The notes beneath the pieces are model-generated. The model did not search any database and was not told the DNA's origin. It saw nothing but the letters and a program-made list of their open reading frames with translations. A DNA stretch of 64,000 bases, taken from IMG/VR virus record IMGVR_UViG_3300040806_001404; one strand, 5' to 3'. This document shows positions 29,001 to 37,411 of this stretch, in pieces. This DNA is from an uncultured virus (IMG/VR IMGVR_UViG_3300040806_001404) (taxonomy: Duplodnaviria; Heunggongvirae; Uroviricota; Caudoviricetes). Made by a program: the position numbers and the translations under genes. Position 1 is the first letter of the stretch; the number at the start of each line of letters is the position of its first letter.

Positions 29001-29653
29001 GCATTTGCCGCACCACTCGCAAGAGTAATATTTAAATCATCAACTTCCAATGTGGTTGAATTAATTGTGGTTGTTGTACCATCAACCTGAAGATTACCTG
29101 CAATAACAACTGTTCCTGTATTATCGCCTACTGCGGCAGGGTCAATTGTAAATGTAGCAGGTCCTGCAATATAACCTGTGGTTGTAATATTACCAAATGT
29201 TGGTGTTGATGAAGTGGCAACATCTTGCCCTATTGATATTGCTCCACCCGATACAGTAACACCTGTACTACCAGAGATTGCTCCCTGTGCTCTTGCATTT
29301 GTGAAATATAAATTTGTTGAACCTTCTCCAATATCATCAGTATCAAGTGTGACTGAACCTCCTAATGATACAGAGTTTGAATTAACTGTTAATGAACTAT
29401 TTGTTAAACTGGCATTTGGTATGGAACCAATTTGAATGACTCCAGTACCTGAATCATAACTTAAACCACCACCAGTAACAGATACAGAACCTCTGGCTCT
29501 TGCATTTGTAAAATAAGTATTAGTACTACCTTCACTGACATTATCAGTGGTAATACTACTTAAACTAGAATGTGTTACAGCACCCGAAGCAAGATGGTCA
29601 CTTGTGACTGCTCCAGTTCCGATAACATCTGATGTGATTTTTGTTAGTGCCAT
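26042..29653 (-). CDS. tail fibre protein B (1203 aa)
   Basis: MALTKI start, neck module nearly identical in protein sequence to fibre A, G.V.IG boxes, distinct C-terminal domains. Confidence 0.8.
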   Translation of the reverse strand: MALTKITSDVIGTGAVTSDHLASGAVTHSSLSSITTDNVSEGSTNTYFTNARARGSVSVTGGGLSYDSGTGVIQIGSIPNASLTNSSLTVNSNSVSLGGSVTLDTDDIGEGSTNLYFTNARAQGAISGSTGVTVSGGAISIGQDVATSSTPTFGNITTTGYIAGPATFTIDPAAVGDNTGTVVIAGNLQVDGTTTTINSTTLEVDDLNITLASGAANAAAANGAGITVDGASATITYDGTNDEWDFNKDINVTGTATMDGLTVDGNILFNSEGNELRFNTSSTPVNKIYTDDTYVSNGLTIDAENGVVLKSTNNYLLLDDTGTNEMVLNVDGGERMRVTASGIDVTGTVVADGLTVEADKDTWISRIYNTGSDANAQGLLVRSDATAAHDATVMGVYADGGYKMVVRSTGRVGIGTTSPNAAFKLDVEGAVRTNGTGLYVSENYSSGNNVYRIYDNSNEFRIESQIFGNANTASSPIVFATSNTDGRLARMTIDSSGKVAIGTTPLDNATLTVKAPYDTNTGIHLQEYDTSNAWGLYTVKGDDTFRITRYASAVYSDKIVIKSNGYVGINEDNPQALFVVNNNGATNNAFYVDVGNGAEQTLFEHTGSNTPVPFVITKSNYTGASQEYGILDLHMAHNTVGGGSNLHFSLKNSSDTKIEYGGIGASIVDNTNSSEDGNLHFYVTEAGNIRQEKLTLRYDGNVGIGETNPSEKLHIKHDSGALLIRLENEDSAAETYTQYVCQDGGFFNTGISSNASNYAFFNTNQGSYRWYGGGGGNPGMYYDGNLKIGSGGAASFTAGEGLEIEKAGTATLRLQNTSTSKSVELNQESHFVIEAQNTGMDISLQPTRVVDVQKPIHSSTDSGTNFYTHLCTGSFYSSSDTGVAIHTNIPGHNQSGNANMFSFRVVGYWYNSNNGGAIDMVLGCYSGENNFYNTTVQGTMPEEWVGEIQFLTNPSGKVTVFLGTTSGVARCELAVTDFVQGFQNVLENYAVGWSMSTLSSLSGYSNGTKAVYRDPKGILIDGIQTSPMNTTSTGAVVLSTSATYTPMSKNSHFKIDIFCNVNTTDDANGGNQNQNPYRYGRMQRSINGGTWTDCSDLGVDGFSQGAQQAHIELSPPRVGSDNTDPNTYMSQQDRYRTTSKYSCIIDDPDFSDEGQTIAYRLVLYHAGGNSFIQIGVANGFGSDDAYPVQPYGFVATEILQGTF

Positions 29654-29658
29654 TTATC

Positions 29659-29666
29659 TATTTATA
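29659..29666 (-). promoter_or_regulatory. T4 late promoter TATAAATA
   Basis: TATAAATA-GATAA-ATG. Confidence 0.8.
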
Positions 29667-29712
29667 TCCCAGAGTTTTCATTTGCTGTTTTTTTAGCTTC
29701 TTTTATTGCCAT
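29662..29712 (-). pseudogene. 16-aa mini-ORF MAIKEAKKTANENSGI, possible deletion remnant
   Basis: AAGGA SD, ATGGCA start like neighbouring genes, stop codon embedded in the late promoter. Confidence 0.45.
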
Positions 29713-29721
29713 TGTTTATCC

Positions 29722-30048
29722 TTATGCTTCCGGTGTTATATTAAACCCGTCGGGGTATGCGTCAATTGTCGCTTCTATTTCTGCTTTCATTTCGTTTAAT
29801 CTTGTACTTCCTACTCTTGTTTCTATCCATGATTGTAAAGTTGTTTTATTAATTGAAGTTATCTCAGAAAAAGTATCAGTTGATACGCCTTGCTCTACGT
29901 TATAGTCTAACGCACCCCCTAGAGTGGCAGACTTGCCATCCTTTGTTCCTGTAATAGTCCAACCTATTTCTTGTATAAGGTCTCTTTGTTGACTTTCTAT
30001 ATTGTAAGGAACTATTTTATTTATTTTTATATTCCATGTGTATTCCAT
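29722..30048 (-). CDS. small fibre-associated protein
   Basis: 108 aa, YTW.I...I.W..TG pattern, GGAG SD, directly downstream of a fibre gene. Confidence 0.7.
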   Translation of the reverse strand: MEYTWNIKINKIVPYNIESQQRDLIQEIGWTITGTKDGKSATLGGALDYNVEQGVSTDTFSEITSINKTTLQSWIETRVGSTRLNEMKAEIEATIDAYPDGFNITPEA

Positions 30049-30057
30049 ATTTTTCTC

Positions 30058-32166
30058 CTATGATATAGTGACCGTAAGGTCTTTAAAATCTGTTTCATGG
30101 TCACTGCTAGTGTCCCCTGCTTTTGTAATTCTATAGTAAATTGAGGGGTGAATATAAGCAGGAATATCTATATCAAAGTAGAATCCTTGGTGAGATATAG
30201 TTCCATAACTAACTGAATGACTACCACTCGATCTTATAATTGTTGCTTCTGATAAAGTTATACTGTTATTAGTATACCCTGAAAGCATTGCACTACAGTA
30301 TTTTCCTTGATAACCTGATATATAAACTTCTAATTGAAACCCACCCCAAGCATTTCCTGATGTACCTGTTGGAGCAGGAACAGTTACTCTTACATTTCCA
30401 CTAAAAGTACCTGAGCTACCACTCGAGCCAAAAAACGTCCAGTAATTACTAAGATGTCCTGCATCCTTTATTCCGGCTGACGACTGAGCGCACCCATTGA
30501 TAAGTAGACCACCTTTTTTAACATGTAAACCAGCAAGATTATTAGGCACAGCACTCTCATTACCAACAGTCATGTATCTATCTGAATCAATAAGTACTGC
30601 CTGACTTCCTCCTACAGATATTCCTAACTTATCAGCAGCTGGCCAATATACACCAGTATTTTCATCATCATATGAAGCAAGACCCGGTAGATTTGCTGCA
30701 GTATCGCCTGATGAATATTGATTTGGCCTAATTGAACCACCACTTCCTGTTCTTTTCCATTCTCCTGCAACCGTATCGTTTAGATAAAACTTCATTCTAG
30801 TTGCCGTTGTTTGGTCAGTTTCTATACGATTGTTCATCGTGGTATGAAACCCTAAACCATCTGCACCTACTTTTGCGCCATCTGAAGCAAAAGAGAGTTT
30901 TCCATTTCCTGCCGCCATTAACCAACCAGTTTGTGAACTAGCCGCATTTATAGTTATACCACCTGCATAAACACCTAAATGATTAACTGTATAAGTCCCT
31001 GCAGTATTTGGATAAACGTGCCCTACACTTACCGAACCACCAATTCCAACATTGCCTGAATTATCCAATACTAAAACATCAGTAACATTAGAAGCACTAC
31101 CACTACCACCACCATCAGCATAGTTAAAATATAGTCCTGAACCTTGAGCAACTGCAAACCAGTCTCTAGCCTGACCAGTATCGCTCCAAACTATTGCTGG
31201 TGAACTAGTATCTTGAATTACTAAAGCTGCTTGTGAATTAGCGTAACTTGTAGGATTACTCGTATTAATTCCAACGTTGCCTCCATTAAAATAACTAACA
31301 CCAGCAGTATATATTTGAGCCTTAACAGTTCCTGCGTCTGATAGTTGTAATATACCATAGTCCTCGGCACCACTACTACCTGTACCTAAAAATGCAATTT
31401 CATTAGTTGTATTATTCTTAACAATGTTAAGGGCGGCGTCTGCTCCGCTTCTATCTATTGTTAACCCTCTTCCTGGATTATCTGTTCCAATACCAACGTT
31501 GCCTGAAGAATCTATGTTAAGCCTAGTTACATAGTTTGCATTATTAGCATCGCCTTGTTGTATAGATAAATCATTACCTGCATCATTTTGTAAAAATCTA
31601 AAACCAAAAACACTTGGTTTATCAAATTCTAGGTATCCATCTAAAAGTTTTAAATTACCTGCAACATCTAATTTTTGTGAAGGATTATCTGTTCCAATAC
31701 CAACGTTGCCTGAAGAATCAACAACTAAAGTAGCTGCAGGAGCATTTTCATGCATAGAAAATGGTACAACAGAATCAGTTGTATTTGTAATATGAAACCC
31801 AACTTGACCATTTACAGTACCAGTTCCAAATAAAATATCATCAAAGCCACTTCTAGATAATGTTAATTGATTACCTGCGGCTGTAATATCAAGAGCTCCT
31901 GTTAAACTTCCACCTGCTAAAGGTAATTTAGTAGCAATACTGTTTGTTACAGTGGTACTAAAGTTTGCATCGTCACCAAGAGCTGCAGCTAATTCATTCA
32001 GTGTATTTAAAGCATCAGGTGAACTATCAACTAATGCTGAAATTTCTTGTTGAACAAAAGCAGTAGTCGCAGGAGCAGTTGTATTTGTTCCTGTACTTGC
32101 TGTTGTCAGAGTAATTTGGTCTGGTGTTATTACTCCATCTGCGATTAATTTTACTTTTGTTGCCAT
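30058..32166 (-). CDS. tail fibre protein C (702 aa)
   Basis: ATTAFVQ..ISALVDSSPDALNTLNELAAALGDDANF fibre repeat; four GNVGI boxes. Confidence 0.82.
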   Translation of the reverse strand: MATKVKLIADGVITPDQITLTTASTGTNTTAPATTAFVQQEISALVDSSPDALNTLNELAAALGDDANFSTTVTNSIATKLPLAGGSLTGALDITAAGNQLTLSRSGFDDILFGTGTVNGQVGFHITNTTDSVVPFSMHENAPAATLVVDSSGNVGIGTDNPSQKLDVAGNLKLLDGYLEFDKPSVFGFRFLQNDAGNDLSIQQGDANNANYVTRLNIDSSGNVGIGTDNPGRGLTIDRSGADAALNIVKNNTTNEIAFLGTGSSGAEDYGILQLSDAGTVKAQIYTAGVSYFNGGNVGINTSNPTSYANSQAALVIQDTSSPAIVWSDTGQARDWFAVAQGSGLYFNYADGGGSGSASNVTDVLVLDNSGNVGIGGSVSVGHVYPNTAGTYTVNHLGVYAGGITINAASSQTGWLMAAGNGKLSFASDGAKVGADGLGFHTTMNNRIETDQTTATRMKFYLNDTVAGEWKRTGSGGSIRPNQYSSGDTAANLPGLASYDDENTGVYWPAADKLGISVGGSQAVLIDSDRYMTVGNESAVPNNLAGLHVKKGGLLINGCAQSSAGIKDAGHLSNYWTFFGSSGSSGTFSGNVRVTVPAPTGTSGNAWGGFQLEVYISGYQGKYCSAMLSGYTNNSITLSEATIIRSSGSHSVSYGTISHQGFYFDIDIPAYIHPSIYYRITKAGDTSSDHETDFKDLTVTIS

Positions 32167-32171
32167 TTAAC

Positions 32172-32179
32172 TATTTATC
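32172..32179 (-). promoter_or_regulatory. late promoter variant GATAAATA fused to the start codon
   Basis: GGATAAATAGTTAAATGGCA. Confidence 0.7.
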
Positions 32180-34805
32180 CTTCCAACTCTGTTATTCTTG
32201 CTTCTGCAGCATCTAATTTTGTTTTAAGTTCTTGTATTGCTTTTGTTAAAAGAGGTACTATTTTTGAATAATCTAATTCTTGATAGATAGGTTCTTCACC
32301 CGTTCGTGTCCATGTTTGACCTTCTTTACAGAAATGTTCATACATTCCTTCAGATACTACATTCCCATCAGAATCAGTAATTGTACCTATAGGTTCCATG
32401 TGGTCTTTTTCACCTGTAACACTGCCAGGAACTATATCCATAACTTCGTGTGCTAAAAACCCTTGTTTTGTTTTTCCTGGAGCTTTAATAAAATTAAACC
32501 TAGCTGGTTTTAATTGACTAACTAAAGTAAGTGCATTCCAATCATAATCAACATTTTCTTTTAATCTATAATCTGATGTATCATTGAAAGTAATGCTTCC
32601 ATCAGCATTATGTCTAACTGTACCAACAGTACCACCACCATCAGTAAATCTAATAAAAGTAGCACTTGAAGATGGAGCTTGATCACGTAAATAACAAGTT
32701 AAAACGGTATTACCAATACCAGTTGATACATCAGAATCTTCTATAACAACAGTTCCACCAGGTGTTGAATTTCTACTAAATACAGCAGCATGAGCATATG
32801 TGTTATGGGCAAAGGAATTAGTGGCGTTTGTAAAATAGTGTGTTCCTTTTGTATCAAGAGCCATGCGAACAACTCCATTTCCCCCATCAGAATCATCTTC
32901 TTGAATAAGTCTTAATACGGAAGCATTAGAGACATTGAAGGTATCAAAACTGAATTTTTTTGCAGTTGTAGAGCCAGAAGGTGCCCTTAACGTTATTTGC
33001 CCACCTTCATTTGAAGAAGAGAAACTGTCTTTTAAACTCTCTATAGTACCGTTTACAGTAAGTTTAGAGGAAGGATTATTAGTTCCAATTCCAACGTTGC
33101 CTGATGAGTCTATTCTCATTCGTTCATAGGCACCACTATTAGCTTCGCCATTTGCTCCGCTTGATGTAGTCCAAAGAGTTAAATATCCACCATAGTCTCC
33201 ATCAGCTGCAGTTGTCTGTTTACCACCACTTACAAAACCCATCTGATATTGTCCGCTTTGAGCTGCATTACCCATATAACCAGATATTGATAGCCAACCG
33301 CCTTCAGTAACTGATGTATTTGTATTTTCTAAATTTAAATTACCATCACGTCCACGTCCATAAACACCATTAGAGTCAGACATTCTAATATCTAATTTAG
33401 CAACAGGACTGTCGGTTCCAATTCCAACGTTGCCTGAAGAATCAATACGCATTTTTTCTGCAGGAGTTCCGCCAGATGTAGCTGTTTTCCATACAAATGC
33501 ACCCCCAGTATTTGAACTACTAAAATTACCGCCACTTATTGTGCTCGTTACAACATCTCCCGTTTCACCACTTCCAAATACCCATGTATCTCCTAAATAT
33601 CCTTTTTGTGCGTAATATGCATCATTACCCGAACCTATTCTTATTCTTGCAGCACCCCCCGATTTATTTACATGTAGTGTATCGTCTGGAGTAGTTTCTC
33701 CAATTCCAACGTTACCTGATGCATCAATACGCATTCTTTCTTCTGGATTAGAGCCATTTGCTCTAGTACCAAAAGCTAAGTAAGCAGAATAGTGTCCTGA
33801 TTGTCCACTTGTATTAGCACCAAAAATATATGGACCAGTTCTATTATTTACACCGTCATGATAACCAAAAAGAATTTTACTACCAGTATTTTCTGCACCT
33901 GTGGTATCTGTTGTATCTACTAGTAACTGACTATTAAAAATACCAGCAGGACTCGCACCTTTTATATGAAGTTCAGAAGAAGGACTAGTCGTTCCAATTC
34001 CAAGCGATTCAGCACTTGCATCCCAAAATAGTTTTGCAGTCGTGCCAGTGTCTTCGTAGAAGCTGATGTCTCCGCCCTCGGCAACAGAAAGACTTTTGCT
34101 ATTATTGGTATATAAATCTATTCCTCTTGCTCCTGCTGTAGTTCCAGTCGCTAAAACTACATTGTCTGAACCATCTAAATATAAAACATTACGATTACTT
34201 GAGCCTGAATCAGTAAACTGGATATTACCATCAAAAGCAGTATTTTGAAGTAATGTACTACCTTCAACAGTCAACCCATCAGCAGTCACTGTACCTGTTA
34301 CATTTACAGATTTATTAAAATCCCATTCTGAATTTGTCTCATCCCATAATATACTTGCACTTGAACCATCAATGATAATACCACTTCCACCTGAATTTGC
34401 CTCTGTTTGTCCGGCTCCAAGTGTTATGGTTTGGTCTGTCACATCTAAGTCTGTGACATTATAAGAATTAACATTACCAGTAATATCTAAATCACCAGTG
34501 ACTGCAAGATTACCAGTAACTGTTGCACCGGTAGAAGAAGTTTGAAATACAGTTGAACCACCATAAGCAAGAGCAACTTCACCAGTTGAATCTGTAATTG
34601 TAATTGCACTTCTAGGTGTTGTACCTCTTTGTATTAATAAATTATCAGATGACCTTAATACTGAATTAGTACCATCATTAAATATTTTTAATTCAGAAGC
34701 ATCACCAAATTGTATTTGTTCGTTATCACCAAGCGTAATATTACCCTGAAGGTCAAATCCTCCTGATGTGTCTAATAAACTACTTGGTATTTTTGTTAGT
34801 GCCAT
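32175..34805 (-). CDS. tail fibre protein D with C-terminal S74-type intramolecular chaperone
   Basis: GNVGIG boxes; TSDYRLKEN...GFLAHEV...LDYSKIVPLLTKAIQEL coiled-coil end. Confidence 0.85.
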   Translation of the reverse strand: MALTKIPSSLLDTSGGFDLQGNITLGDNEQIQFGDASELKIFNDGTNSVLRSSDNLLIQRGTTPRSAITITDSTGEVALAYGGSTVFQTSSTGATVTGNLAVTGDLDITGNVNSYNVTDLDVTDQTITLGAGQTEANSGGSGIIIDGSSASILWDETNSEWDFNKSVNVTGTVTADGLTVEGSTLLQNTAFDGNIQFTDSGSSNRNVLYLDGSDNVVLATGTTAGARGIDLYTNNSKSLSVAEGGDISFYEDTGTTAKLFWDASAESLGIGTTSPSSELHIKGASPAGIFNSQLLVDTTDTTGAENTGSKILFGYHDGVNNRTGPYIFGANTSGQSGHYSAYLAFGTRANGSNPEERMRIDASGNVGIGETTPDDTLHVNKSGGAARIRIGSGNDAYYAQKGYLGDTWVFGSGETGDVVTSTISGGNFSSSNTGGAFVWKTATSGGTPAEKMRIDSSGNVGIGTDSPVAKLDIRMSDSNGVYGRGRDGNLNLENTNTSVTEGGWLSISGYMGNAAQSGQYQMGFVSGGKQTTAADGDYGGYLTLWTTSSGANGEANSGAYERMRIDSSGNVGIGTNNPSSKLTVNGTIESLKDSFSSSNEGGQITLRAPSGSTTAKKFSFDTFNVSNASVLRLIQEDDSDGGNGVVRMALDTKGTHYFTNATNSFAHNTYAHAAVFSRNSTPGGTVVIEDSDVSTGIGNTVLTCYLRDQAPSSSATFIRFTDGGGTVGTVRHNADGSITFNDTSDYRLKENVDYDWNALTLVSQLKPARFNFIKAPGKTKQGFLAHEVMDIVPGSVTGEKDHMEPIGTITDSDGNVVSEGMYEHFCKEGQTWTRTGEEPIYQELDYSKIVPLLTKAIQELKTKLDAAEARITELEG

Positions 34806-34806
34806 A

Positions 34807-37371
34807 TTATAATCCTGCCTCGTCTAATCTAGATTTTAAATCGTCTATTATTGTTTGTTGTTCTTGTATAGCTTTGGTTAAATACCCCACTAAACCTACT
34901 GTATCGACACCCATATCTTTTTGACCATCAGTACCAACTGTAATATCTGGTATTATTGCTTCAACTTCTTGAGCAATAAATCCTACTTGTGTTCTTGGAG
35001 TTTCTACTTCGCCTCCATCAGAACTTACTTCATAATCTTTTATAAAATTAAATTTTCTTACTTCTAATTGAGTTATTTTATCTAAAGCAGTATCAGTTAC
35101 AGATATTATATTTTCTTTTAAATCTCTATCAGATACATTACTTCCTGCAAAAGAGTAATTACCATTTCCGTAAACTCTTAACAATCCATCAGCACCCCAA
35201 TGAGATAAATGAATATAGTTACTATCAGAACCTGACGCATTCCATTCATATCCTAAATACCCCATATTTTTAGTGTTTGTAGATTTACCTAATCCTAAAA
35301 ATACGTCTTCTCCGGCCGTTAAATTTGGTACTTTATTTTCTTGTACATGATTAAAAGCATTACTATTCACATTATTCACAATAAGATTTGCAGTACCTGC
35401 AGTTCCAGCTGGTGTTATTTGAACTGAAGCAGAAAATGTTCCATTACTTTCTAATCTTTTGCCAAGTGCAATATTTCCATTAGTGCCAGATGAAGTATGA
35501 AATATACTAAGTTCTCTACTAGAACCAGATAAATCAATACCAAAACCTGATTTAATACTACTTCCGCCGTAAACGTAAATGATTTCACCATCAGCTTGTC
35601 CTAGATTTAAGTTTCCTCTATTACTACCATTATCATAAGTAAGAGATACCTGAGTATTACTACTTTCATCTAATATTTTATATCCAGCTATTCTATTGTT
35701 AGCTGTGTTTTGAGCAACATAATGAACATCCGCTCCACCACTATCTACAGTTGTTAGATGTAAACTACCTGTAGGACTAGTCGTTCCAATTCCAACTCTT
35801 CCTGCATCATCAACAATAAACATATCTCCTTCAGTACCACCTACCCATGTAACTCTAAATGGGTCTACTCCACTATTACCTCCAGACTTAATTGATATTC
35901 CAGGATTAGTAGCCCCACCAACTACATTAAGTTTGCTTGAAGTACTCTCTGTTCCAATACCAACATTGCCACCTTGTGGATTTATGAGAAATGGCCTGGC
36001 CCCGGAATAGTCTGTAGGGACTTTACATTGGATATATCCAGCATAGTTATTTGCACTGGCGTTAATAATTCCCATCAGAATTTCATTTCCACTCCAAGTT
36101 CTATCGGTATAGCCTATACGAGCAAAGCCTACTGGAGTAGTTCCTGAAGTCCCTGGAAGACCAAAACTAGTACTTGAAGATAAATCTAATTTTAGAGTTG
36201 GACTATTTGTTCCAATTCCAACGTTGCCATCGAAATCAATACGCATTCTTTCTTCTAATGAATTACCAAGGTTTGTGGAAAAAGCTAATCCTGTTTTATA
36301 GTCCCCAGCACTCCAACTAACCTCTGCTTTTGCATAAATTTGCGCGCCATTAATATAAGTTGAACCATCTTCTGTTCCTGAAAAATTAATTACGCCCAAA
36401 GAGTTAGTATTATTAATTGTAGAATCATTTCTAGTTAGATATAAATTTGTTACTCCAGTAGACTCAATCTCTAAATTACCTCTTGGACTATCTGTACCAA
36501 TACCTACGTTGCCTGTATCTCTAGCAATTGTTAATCTAGTTGTATCTACACTAGAACCAACACCAATTTTAAATAAATTATTTGCACCATCATATCTAAT
36601 AGATGCACCATTAACAGGACTTGCAGAAGTTCCTTCATGTAATAATATCTTTGAATCTGCAGCTGCTAAATTAGTATTAATATCTAAAGTAGCACCTGAT
36701 TGATTAACAATATTTAAATCTGTTTGAGGACTATCAGTTCCAATTCCAACTCTTTTTTGTTCTGTATCAACAAGTAAAGTTGTTGCATTTGTAGCATTAG
36801 GATATTTAATTATTATTTCGTCTGCACCTGCACCTGTAAAATTATATCTTAATGTATTATCGTTATATTGATATAATATCCATGCATCTGTATCATGAGC
36901 ATCTGTTGGTTGTAGATAAAACCCACCACCTGATTTAGCAGTTATAGCTCCTGTAGATGTAATAGCACCACTAGAGATAGTTCCTGTTAGATTAATACTT
37001 TTATTAAAGTCCCATTCATCATTGGTTTCATCCCAAAGAATACTTGCATTTGAGCCATCTACAACAATGCCTGAACCACCAGATGCTGATTCAACTTGGC
37101 CTACACCTAATGTAATTGTTTGGTCTGTGACATCTAAATCAGTCACTGAAAGAGAGTTGACATCGCCGGTAATATTTAAATCACCAGTTAAATTTAAATC
37201 ACCACCAACTGCAATATCATTGGTTAATGTTAAATTATTAAATGTTGGAGAGTCTGTAGACGCGAGTGTTTGTCCACCAAGTGCCGCAGATGTAACTACG
37301 CCTGATGAACTTACGACTTCTTGGCCTCCTACTTCGAGACCATTTTTAACTATGAAATTTTTATCTGCCAT
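34807..37371 (-). CDS. tail fibre protein E with C-terminal S74-type intramolecular chaperone
   Basis: MADKNFIVKNGL start; five (N/R)VGIGT boxes; SDRDLKENI...GFIAQEVE...LTKAIQEQQ. Confidence 0.85.
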   Translation of the reverse strand: MADKNFIVKNGLEVGGQEVVSSSGVVTSAALGGQTLASTDSPTFNNLTLTNDIAVGGDLNLTGDLNITGDVNSLSVTDLDVTDQTITLGVGQVESASGGSGIVVDGSNASILWDETNDEWDFNKSINLTGTISSGAITSTGAITAKSGGGFYLQPTDAHDTDAWILYQYNDNTLRYNFTGAGADEIIIKYPNATNATTLLVDTEQKRVGIGTDSPQTDLNIVNQSGATLDINTNLAAADSKILLHEGTSASPVNGASIRYDGANNLFKIGVGSSVDTTRLTIARDTGNVGIGTDSPRGNLEIESTGVTNLYLTRNDSTINNTNSLGVINFSGTEDGSTYINGAQIYAKAEVSWSAGDYKTGLAFSTNLGNSLEERMRIDFDGNVGIGTNSPTLKLDLSSSTSFGLPGTSGTTPVGFARIGYTDRTWSGNEILMGIINASANNYAGYIQCKVPTDYSGARPFLINPQGGNVGIGTESTSSKLNVVGGATNPGISIKSGGNSGVDPFRVTWVGGTEGDMFIVDDAGRVGIGTTSPTGSLHLTTVDSGGADVHYVAQNTANNRIAGYKILDESSNTQVSLTYDNGSNRGNLNLGQADGEIIYVYGGSSIKSGFGIDLSGSSRELSIFHTSSGTNGNIALGKRLESNGTFSASVQITPAGTAGTANLIVNNVNSNAFNHVQENKVPNLTAGEDVFLGLGKSTNTKNMGYLGYEWNASGSDSNYIHLSHWGADGLLRVYGNGNYSFAGSNVSDRDLKENIISVTDTALDKITQLEVRKFNFIKDYEVSSDGGEVETPRTQVGFIAQEVEAIIPDITVGTDGQKDMGVDTVGLVGYLTKAIQEQQTIIDDLKSRLDEAGL

Positions 37372-37403
37372 TTACCTTTTCACTCTCCAAGGTTGATATA
37401 ATC

Positions 37404-37411
37404 TATTTATA
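37404..37411 (-). promoter_or_regulatory. T4 late promoter TATAAATA
   Basis: Exact consensus overlapping the upstream stop codon. Confidence 0.78.

Larger units (their letters stand above)
22821..36752 (-). repeat. dispersed ~25-55 bp intragenic repeat, consensus ATGCGTATTGATTCTTCAGGCAACGTTGGAATTGGAAC..(A/G).TAGTCCT, about 20 copies in five fibre genes
   Basis: Exact CAACGTTG core at 22842, 23136, 23367, 31272, 31494, 31701, 33092, 33425, 36219; variants at 23973, 27547, 28417, 31047, 33707, 34001, 35793, 35961, 36504, 36747. Confidence 0.9.

Noticed and set aside
22821..36752. Repeat-spacer pattern read as a CRISPR array
   Set aside because: The repeats are degenerate and protein-coding, the spacers are 170 bp or longer and in frame, and there are no cas genes.
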